The notes under the pieces were generated by a model. It was not told where the DNA came from. It worked only from the letters and a program-made list of their open reading frames with translations, and did not search any database. Made by a program: the position numbers and the translations under genes. Shown one piece after another: positions 40,085 to 47,016 of a DNA stretch of 64,000 nt. Source of the stretch: Halobacteriales archaeon QS_1_68_20 (GTDB lineage Archaea; Halobacteriota; Halobacteria; Halobacteriales; PXRE01); contig PXRE01000009.1 of NCBI GenBank assembly GCA_003021085.1, positions 16,334-80,333 on the forward strand, in the 5' to 3' direction. Every line of letters begins with the position of its first letter. Within the stretch, counting starts at the first letter, position 1.

Positions 40085-40621
40085 ATGAGTGAGCAAGTTC
40101 ACATCCGCGTCGGTGAATCCCGCCACGAAAAGTGGGTCAATCACGCCGAAGCGGAGTACGACGGGAACATGTCGAAACTAATCCGCGCCGCGGTCGAGAA
40201 GGAAATCAGTGGAGCGGGCGACACCGCCACAGACGGCGCTCAGACGGTCGAACCGAACGGACGGATAGACGACATCCTAAACGGTGTTGAGGACAACGGA
40301 AGCGCCCTCGAAGCGATACAAGACCGCCTTGAGAACATGCACGACACCATGCTTTCGCAGGGTGGACTTCCCGATAAAGTGTTTTCCGACGTGTACGGCG
40401 CTCTACCCGTGGTGAAAGACGGCTTCGAGGGGGCGGACAAGGACGCTATCGCCGTGGAGTTCGGCGCGACGGCGGCAGAAATCGCAGACGACGCGGGTGT
40501 GTCCGAACTCGAAGCGGAGCGGGCGCTTGTCCAACTCCGCTACGAGGACGAATACAGTGGCGTGGAGATGTTGATGACTGAAGGGTTCGACTCGCCCCGC
40601 TACTGGTTGGAGGTACGCTAA
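40085..40621 (+). CDS. Ribbon-helix-helix protein with C-terminal HTH-like region
   Basis: QVHIRV...NMSKLIRAAVEKEI; TAATG coupling to the integrase. Confidence 0.75.
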   Translation: MSEQVHIRVGESRHEKWVNHAEAEYDGNMSKLIRAAVEKEISGAGDTATDGAQTVEPNGRIDDILNGVEDNGSALEAIQDRLENMHDTMLSQGGLPDKVFSDVYGALPVVKDGFEGADKDAIAVEFGATAAEIADDAGVSELEAERALVQLRYEDEYSGVEMLMTEGFDSPRYWLEVR

Positions 40622-41688
40622 TGAGTACCACGGACCCTATCGAGAGTTACCGCGATAGTTACGTTCTCCGTTCGCAGTCCGACGCGGCAGAAAACACGGT
40701 AAAGCGCCACGTCCGCCACCTCCGCATGTTCGAGACGTGGCTTCAAGAGCGCGGCAAGGATCTTCAAAGCGACATTGAGGTTGAGGATGACCTACTGCGG
40801 TTCCGTCGGTGGCTGAACCTGCGAGGGGCTGGCACCGAGTGTCCCGAGTGTGAGACGGTCGCGGACCCCTTCGAGGACCATTGTCCCGACTGCGGGGCCG
40901 ACGTATCGGAGGGTGAACCAGTCGGCTATTCGGAAGGGACTATCAAGAACGCCACGGGGGCCATTAGCAAATTCTTCCAGATTCGTCGCCCCGATGACCC
41001 GAACCCCGTAGACGAGTGGGAACCCACGGGGTCGGACGGCAAGTGGTCAATTACCACGGACAAGAAGCGGGCGACTCGGGAAGGTGTGTTCTACCTCGAA
41101 TCCGATGAGGTAGACCAACTGATTGAAGCGGCAGAGGGCTTTCGGGACAAACTGGTTATCCGTCTCCTGGTTTCCACGGGAATGAGGCGGTCAGAACTAA
41201 TCAGCCTGCGACTGAGGGACGTGGAGCCTGGCCAGAAGCGAATCCGTATCTACGAGCGGAAGAACGACGAGTATCGGACGGTCGGCTTTCGGTCGGACAA
41301 ACTGGCGCGGAACCTGCGGATGTGGATTGACCACCACAGAACGCAGGAATACGGGGCCGACGAAAGCGACTACCTCTTTCCGCCAGACGGGAAGGGGGAG
41401 AGTGACCACCTGGGGGCCACCGTGGTACGGGATATAGTGGTTGAAGCGGCAGAACGCGCGGATATTCAGCAGTCCTACGGGAGTGACGCCCTCGGGAGAA
41501 CACAACACCTTGTAACCCCCCACGCTCTACGGGCCACGTTCGCCGTCCAATGCGCCAAGAACGGGATTCCCGCCCCTATGGTGAAAGAGGCTCTTGGCCA
41601 CCACTCCCTGAACGTCACGGACATCTACACGTCCGTGATTGACGACGACGCGGCAGACATGATTCGGCGCGACGGACCTTCATTCTGA
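40621..41688 (+). CDS. Tyrosine integrase with inserted zinc ribbon
   Basis: TGMRRSEL, HALR, LGHH, IYT catalytic motifs; CPEC-x10-CPDC insert. Confidence 0.95.
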   Translation: MSTTDPIESYRDSYVLRSQSDAAENTVKRHVRHLRMFETWLQERGKDLQSDIEVEDDLLRFRRWLNLRGAGTECPECETVADPFEDHCPDCGADVSEGEPVGYSEGTIKNATGAISKFFQIRRPDDPNPVDEWEPTGSDGKWSITTDKKRATREGVFYLESDEVDQLIEAAEGFRDKLVIRLLVSTGMRRSELISLRLRDVEPGQKRIRIYERKNDEYRTVGFRSDKLARNLRMWIDHHRTQEYGADESDYLFPPDGKGESDHLGATVVRDIVVEAAERADIQQSYGSDALGRTQHLVTPHALRATFAVQCAKNGIPAPMVKEALGHHSLNVTDIYTSVIDDDAADMIRRDGPSF

Positions 41689-41852
41689 GTACCAACCGCG
41701 GACGGACCCACCTTCTACGACGCTACCCCACCTTCGGACAGTGGAAACACCGCTCCACGGGGTTCAGTGACCACCGACCGCCCCGCCCGTCGGGAGGACT
41801 CCCCGCGCCCGCCCCGCGTCGCGTCTAATCGGAACTGAGGACCCGCGCCCGC

Positions 41853-42494
41853 TCAGTCCGCCACGTCACTCAGTGACAGTCCCGCCCATTCGAGTAGTTC
41901 GAGGGCGTCGTAGTGAGGGACCACTACCACGTCGGGATGCCAGTGGTAGCGGGCGGTATGGGTGTCCTCCGCATACCCGTCCCCGTCGTACCTCACCGTG
42001 GCGACGCCCTCACTGGCCAGTAGGCTCCGCAGGTGGTCGCCGTCCACGTCGAAGCCCCGTAGGTCCACGTGGAGCGACCCGAATAGGGTCCCCACCCACG
42101 TCGCCCGCTCAGTGAGGACGAGACGCGCCGTGAGCGGTCGCAGTTGGGATACGTCCGTGGGTCCGTCGTAGGCCACGGACGGATGGGGGACCGACGTGAG
42201 CGCCCACATGTCGCTACTGGCGGGGTCAGTCGCTTCGACGTGGCGACGTGGGGAGTTCGCCAGCCACCCGAGCGCGTCCGCCACGGACGCCAACCGCCAC
42301 CGCTTGGTTGAAAACACCTCTAATCGGGATTCTGCGCCGTCGTCGCGGACGTTCGCCCCGAGAAGTATCAGGTACTCCACTACCGCCCGCTGGCGGTCGG
42401 ACAGTTCGGGGCGGTCGCAACGACCGACGGCGTAGTGTTGCCCAAGTCGCTCGAAGCGGTCGCCACACTGCGGACACCTGTTCACGGTTTTCAC
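41853..42494 (-). CDS. Degenerate LAGLIDADG endonuclease-like protein with N-terminal Cys/His motif
   Basis: CPQCGDRFERLGQH...C.RPELSDRQRAVVEYLILLGA...SVPHP...L.PLTAR pattern; start uncertain. Confidence 0.55.
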   Translation of the reverse strand: MKTVNRCPQCGDRFERLGQHYAVGRCDRPELSDRQRAVVEYLILLGANVRDDGAESRLEVFSTKRWRLASVADALGWLANSPRRHVEATDPASSDMWALTSVPHPSVAYDGPTDVSQLRPLTARLVLTERATWVGTLFGSLHVDLRGFDVDGDHLRSLLASEGVATVRYDGDGYAEDTHTARYHWHPDVVVVPHYDALELLEWAGLSLSDVAD

Positions 42495-42705
42495 GTAACT
42501 GAGCGGGAAACTACCCCGCTTAGAGACGATTTCTCGACATTTTGACGTATTTCGCAAAACCGTTTGCTACCATTCACTCCGCTGGATTCGTCCCACGGAG
42601 GACACCGCGCCCGCGTGATTCGCTCTTTGATTTCTCTAATTTTGTCGTTCATTTTTCACGTCCGTATCCGTCGGGGACGTATCAGTTTGCGGAGGTATCT
42701 TGACC

Positions 42706-42889
42706 GCCAGCATAATCCCCGCGCGTGGCTCCACGTCGGTGGACCGCTCCGCCACCGACTTGACCGCTCCACGCCCACATCCCCAACGGGCTTACCCTAT
42801 ACTACGCCCAGCGGACAGAGACGGCCTAAAACGGCGGTTTCCGTTTAGGCGGGTGTGAGGGGGTCGCCCCGTGTTGGAGCGTTGGGGCG
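42706..42889. repeat. Long imperfect inverted repeat, copy A
   Basis: Reverse complement aligns to 45952-46134. Confidence 0.85.
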
Positions 42890-43173
42890 GAGTTATTAAA
42901 TTGGGTTTGGCCATATCAGTTCTCCGACACTGGCGTCATCGCGTCTCTCGAAGGAATTGAGGCTTCTCACGGAATAACGGCCTTAGAACCGCTTAGAGCG
43001 TGTTAATAACGACTCACTCTAACTACGTACAAAGTGAAGGCAGTGGCCGAAGGCGACCACACGCGACGAACAGCGGACGCCCGTCTTAGGCGTTCTACTC
43101 CCCGCCCTCACTCTGATTACGGTATTAGTGTGAGGACGGTGGACGTGGACGGCCACCGCCTTGGTGATTAGAT

Positions 43174-43338
43174 ATGGCCCGTGACAAACGGATTCGACTG
43201 AGCGAGGACGAAAAGGCGATTCTGAATGACCTGCGGAAACGGCGGTTCGGGGGCGACCAAACCCCCTACGGCCACGTGGTCGCAGAACTCTGCCGATTCT
43301 ACGACGCAGAGACGCAGAACACGAACGTGAAACTATGA
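43174..43338 (+). CDS. Small RHH-like protein (54 aa)
   Basis: MARDKRIRLSEDEKAILNDLRKRRFGGDQTPYGHVVAELC; below ORF-track cutoff. Confidence 0.75.
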   Translation: MARDKRIRLSEDEKAILNDLRKRRFGGDQTPYGHVVAELCRFYDAETQNTNVKL

Positions 43339-43508
43339 GCGGGGCGGAAACCTGCGAATCAGACGGGTGTGAGGGGTGGCCCGAGTTCCCCGACGACGAC
43401 GGTGGTTACTACTGTCGTGGCTGTTACGACGGCGACCCCGAGTTTCGCCACGTTCCCGACGAACCGACTGGATACCGAACCGACCTGATTTCGAGGCTTC
43501 AAGCATGA
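43335..43508 (+). CDS. Small Cys-motif protein (57 aa)
   Basis: ATGA overlap; CESDGC...YCRGC. Confidence 0.7.
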   Translation: MSGAETCESDGCEGWPEFPDDDGGYYCRGCYDGDPEFRHVPDEPTGYRTDLISRLQA

Positions 43509-43600
43509 GAAAAATGTACGACGACAACGACATTCCCGACGAACTGAGCGACGACGAACAGACCACCAAATACACCATCCCGCTGGAGGATGACGAATGA
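43505..43600 (+). CDS. Acidic micro-protein (31 aa)
   Basis: ATGA overlaps at both ends; MRKMYDDNDIPDELSDD... Confidence 0.6.
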   Translation: MRKMYDDNDIPDELSDDEQTTKYTIPLEDDE

Positions 43601-43734
43601 CTGAAATAAATCCCATGTTGGCGCGAAAGGCGCGGAACGTCGGTGTGGAGTCCGACCTATTCGACTATACCGACCGCCAGAACGTCGATATTGAGGCGGT
43701 TCTTGAAACCGCCCTTGGTGAGGTGAGCGCATGA
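43597..43734 (+). CDS. Small protein (45 aa)
   Basis: ATGA overlaps; preceded by GGAGG; MTEINPMLARKAR...GEVSA. Confidence 0.65.
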   Translation: MTEINPMLARKARNVGVESDLFDYTDRQNVDIEAVLETALGEVSA

Positions 43735-43994
43735 ACGCCCTCACGGTCAAGAACCACCAGAACGTGGACGCCTTCGACCGCCTCACCCTCAACACGGAGG
43801 GACGCCTTGAGTTCGAGGACGGGACGCTTACGGCGGTCTACCCCGACGGCGCGGAGGAAACGGAATACGTGGTGGCGCTATTCCCCGTGGAGGGCGGGAC
43901 GGTCGAACTCACCGACTCCGCCGTGGTCCTCGAAGCGACGGGGGACACCGTGGTGGCGTTGGTCCCTGCGACGGCCTACGGGGGTGGTGAGTGA
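43731..43994 (+). CDS. Hypothetical beta-rich protein (87 aa)
   Basis: GAGGTGA SD and ATGA overlap; acidic. Confidence 0.75.
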   Translation: MNALTVKNHQNVDAFDRLTLNTEGRLEFEDGTLTAVYPDGAEETEYVVALFPVEGGTVELTDSAVVLEATGDTVVALVPATAYGGGE

Positions 43995-44679
43995 TGTACG
44001 ACGTTCGAGAAGCGCGGGACCGCGACGGCGACCCCGTGGAGGACCGCAGTGAGCGGATAGACGAACTCATGCGGAGCGACCGCGTGGGATACGGGGACGG
44101 CGACCCGTTGGCGGCAGATTCCTACTCGAACTACCCCGACCACCCCACGGAACTGTCCGCGCCCAAGTGGCGCGACTGGGTGGAGGTGCTTCTTTCCCAC
44201 CCTGCGGTCGGTTCCTACGACGACGCGGTGGCGGAGGCGACGCCCGCCAGTGACCAAGTGAGTGTTAGACAGTGGCGTGAGGGGATTCAGAACGCCGCCA
44301 ACGCCGCGGGCTTGGACGCGGGGGAACTTTCGACCTTAGCGACGACGGCGAACGGGACGCCACTGCGGACGCTCTGAGCGCCTTCACGGAACAGTGGCCC
44401 GACGACGCGGTACGGTCGAATAACCCGCTCGTGGTCGCCAACTTGTACGCGGGGCGTGGCCTGTCCACGGCGGAGGTGGCGGACCTATTCGACTGTTCGG
44501 AGGACCACATTCGGGGCGTTCTCCGCCAGTGTAGCCTACTCGAAGCCGCGGAAAGTGAACAGGTGGACCCGAAGCGCGAGAAGGACATTCGGCTTGGCGG
44601 GGCGACCGTCTCGAATCTGGATAACGCCGAACGGTCCAGCAGTGGCGGGCTGAACGTGGACGTGAGCGCGTTCGAGTAG
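43994..44679 (+). pseudogene. HTH protein split by a -1 frameshift near 44328
   Basis: GAA CTT TCG vs GAA CTT TTC GAC; the -1 frame continues to GLSTAEVADLFDCSEDHIRGVL. Confidence 0.65.
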
Positions 44680-44750
44680 CGGGCGGTAACTGAGCGGTAT
44701 GGTCGGGGTGGCGGTCGCTTCCCCGATTGGCCCACGTGACGGGCTTCATT

Positions 44751-45395
44751 ATGACGGCGACCACCACCCAACAGCGGTACGATTGGCAGACTGAGGAACA
44801 GATAGCAGAACAAGAGTTCGCAGACGGCTACCACGTCGAACGGGACCGACGGACCCCCGAACGTGACGGGTCCAACGACGCCCTCGAACACGACCAGAAC
44901 GAGGGGAACCCGAACGCCACGACCATGTACGGGGGTCGCTCCTCGAACGGGTACGACCCGAACGAGCGACTCCCCGCTTGTGAGCGGTGGGCGACCAAGG
45001 GCGACAAGTTCGCCAGTCTGTGGGCGCGGAACGCGGGGGTAGATTCCCACCGCGCGCCACGTCGTAGTCGGGCGGAATGTAACAAGGCCAACGAACGAAC
45101 CAAGGACCGCCAGCGGTTCGTTCAAGCCGTCGCCAACGCCCTACGGTTAGGGGAGGACGCGACGGAGCGGGCCAAGGAACTGGCGACCCTCCCCACGCCA
45201 AAGACCCTGAATTTCATCGGGGGACTGGATACGTGGCTTCTCGCGGTCACCCTCCACGCCGCCAACGAACAGCGGACGGTCATGCGGGTGGACCGCGACG
45301 CCCTCAAGGAGATTCGAGCGGACTGGGGCGTCACTACGGACCAACTGGCGACCGCCACCGAAAAGGTGGCGAATATCGTGAGGAAAGGGGCATGA
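44751..45395 (+). CDS. Divergent TFB/TFIIB-like protein (single cyclin repeat)
   Basis: RFVQAVANALRLGEDATERAKEL...LDTWLLAVTLHAANE...KEIRADWGVTTDQL resembles a TFB cyclin fold. Confidence 0.55.
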   Translation: MTATTTQQRYDWQTEEQIAEQEFADGYHVERDRRTPERDGSNDALEHDQNEGNPNATTMYGGRSSNGYDPNERLPACERWATKGDKFASLWARNAGVDSHRAPRRSRAECNKANERTKDRQRFVQAVANALRLGEDATERAKELATLPTPKTLNFIGGLDTWLLAVTLHAANEQRTVMRVDRDALKEIRADWGVTTDQLATATEKVANIVRKGA

Positions 45396-45688
45396 CTTAC
45401 GTCGAACAGTATGGGGTCCGAATCCCTGACGACGACGTGGCGAAGCGCATGGCCCGTTTGGAGAAACCCCACCGCGACGAAACCGTGTTGAAGTATCTCC
45501 ACTTCGAGTTAGGCATGTCGTCTGGCGACATCGGGCGACTGTTCGGGGTGAGACGCCAGACCATTCAGAAAGTGGTCCGCGGATTCGACTGGGAATTTCA
45601 CCGACGGCGCGGGGATAGTCGCGTGGTCGGGGAGGAACAGCGGACGCTTGGCGAGTTCGAGCGGACCACGCTTGAGGACCTGATTTAG
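45392..45688 (+). CDS. HTH DNA-binding protein
   Basis: ATGA overlap; GMSSGDIGRLFGVRRQTIQKVV. Confidence 0.8.
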   Translation: MTYVEQYGVRIPDDDVAKRMARLEKPHRDETVLKYLHFELGMSSGDIGRLFGVRRQTIQKVVRGFDWEFHRRRGDSRVVGEEQRTLGEFERTTLEDLI

Positions 45689-45951
45689 CCGACCCTTCTT
45701 TTTCAACGTATCAAAAACGGCGTAGCAGTCGCTCAGTCGTTTGAAATCGTACAAAAAGCGAAAAGCGGGAAAGGTCGTAGCGGGCCACCACCCAGTGACC
45801 ATACCGTGACTGCGAATGTCCCGACTGAGGACGGACGACAACTGAGGCAGGTCACGGGCGTCCTTTTCGCCTCTCCGCCTCACTCATATGTATGCCCTGC
45901 GGATAGAGACGGCCTGAGACGGCGGTTTTCAGATATTGGCCCGCTGGCGGT

Positions 45952-46134
45952 CGCTCGAACGCTCAAACACGGGCGGACCCCCGCGTGGGGACGAAAACGG
46001 ATTCGGGCGGTACAAGCGTTCTCTGTCCGCAGGGCATAGTATTAGGTAGGCCCGTGAGGGGGAAGGGCGTGGAGTAGTCAAGGCGGTGGCGGGCGGTCAC
46101 ACCGTCGTGGAGCCTGCGCGGGGATGTTGCTGGC
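45952..46134. repeat. Long imperfect inverted repeat, copy B
   Basis: Pairs with 42706-42889. Confidence 0.85.
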
Positions 46135-46201
46135 TTTCGTATTATGCAATAATTGAAACATCGTCGTGAACTTGATAGAGTTGGCGAGAGGCCGTTTTTA
46201 T

Positions 46202-46684
46202 ATGGTAAACATCGCTAACATTCTCGCAACAAGTGGATTAGGGCTTGATATTGTCGGAGCCGCCGTCATCGCTCTCCCCGACATCCCAAGACTGAGACTT
46301 GTTCTTGGGTCGGCAGTTATTCGGAATGGACTTGAAAAAATGGAGAGTACGGGGATTCAAGAAGGCGAAATCGGATATTCGCCGCTCAGGGAATTACTTG
46401 AGACGAAATACGACGTAGAGTTTCCATCCGATGTATGGGCCTTCAGAGTAGGTCAGTCCACTGCGTCAAGATATGGGTATGAATCTGTATTTTTGTTCAC
46501 CGACCCTGAAGATGAGTCAGAGCAGGTGGCATTAGGTAAAGACTTGGGGGTTGATGTTGATTACCGCGTGGTCAGAAAACAGATTCGACCACTTCTCGAC
46601 CGACAGCAGGCTATTGTCCGCGCAAGTGGTTTCCTTTTACTGAGTCTTGGGTTTCTTCTACAAATCGTGGCGCGATATATTTAG
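46202..46684 (+). CDS. Low-GC membrane cargo protein (N- and C-terminal TM helices)
   Basis: GLGLDIVGAAVIAL...GFLLLSLGFLLQIV; AT-richer than neighbours. Confidence 0.75.
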   Translation: MVNIANILATSGLGLDIVGAAVIALPDIPRLRLVLGSAVIRNGLEKMESTGIQEGEIGYSPLRELLETKYDVEFPSDVWAFRVGQSTASRYGYESVFLFTDPEDESEQVALGKDLGVDVDYRVVRKQIRPLLDRQQAIVRASGFLLLSLGFLLQIVARYI

Positions 46685-47016
46685 GTGGGTAAATTAGTCC
46701 ACGCCGAGCGCGGCCAATTGGGTCCTCACTGAGAAAACAGAAAATGAGGCTCAAACACGGGTGTGGGGGTCGCCACATATGCGCCAGAGTGATTTTCAAC
46801 ACGTGGCGGGCGCTCACCCACCCCTTACACTACGCGAGAAGGGACCCGTTTCGTGTGTAATGTTGACGGGGAGGGGTGGATTCGGTCGCCGTCTGGCGGT
46901 TTCGAGGCGTTCGAGAGAAGCCATTCCTCACCAACCTATCAGACTGTTAGAGTGGTCTGGCGGGTTAGACCCCCGATAGCCCCTGAACTGTATACACAGG
47001 CGACTACACAAAACGC

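Noticed and set aside
46940-47016. Possible tRNA at the integration site
   Set aside because: No cloverleaf or T-loop consensus; the att core maps to infB codons.
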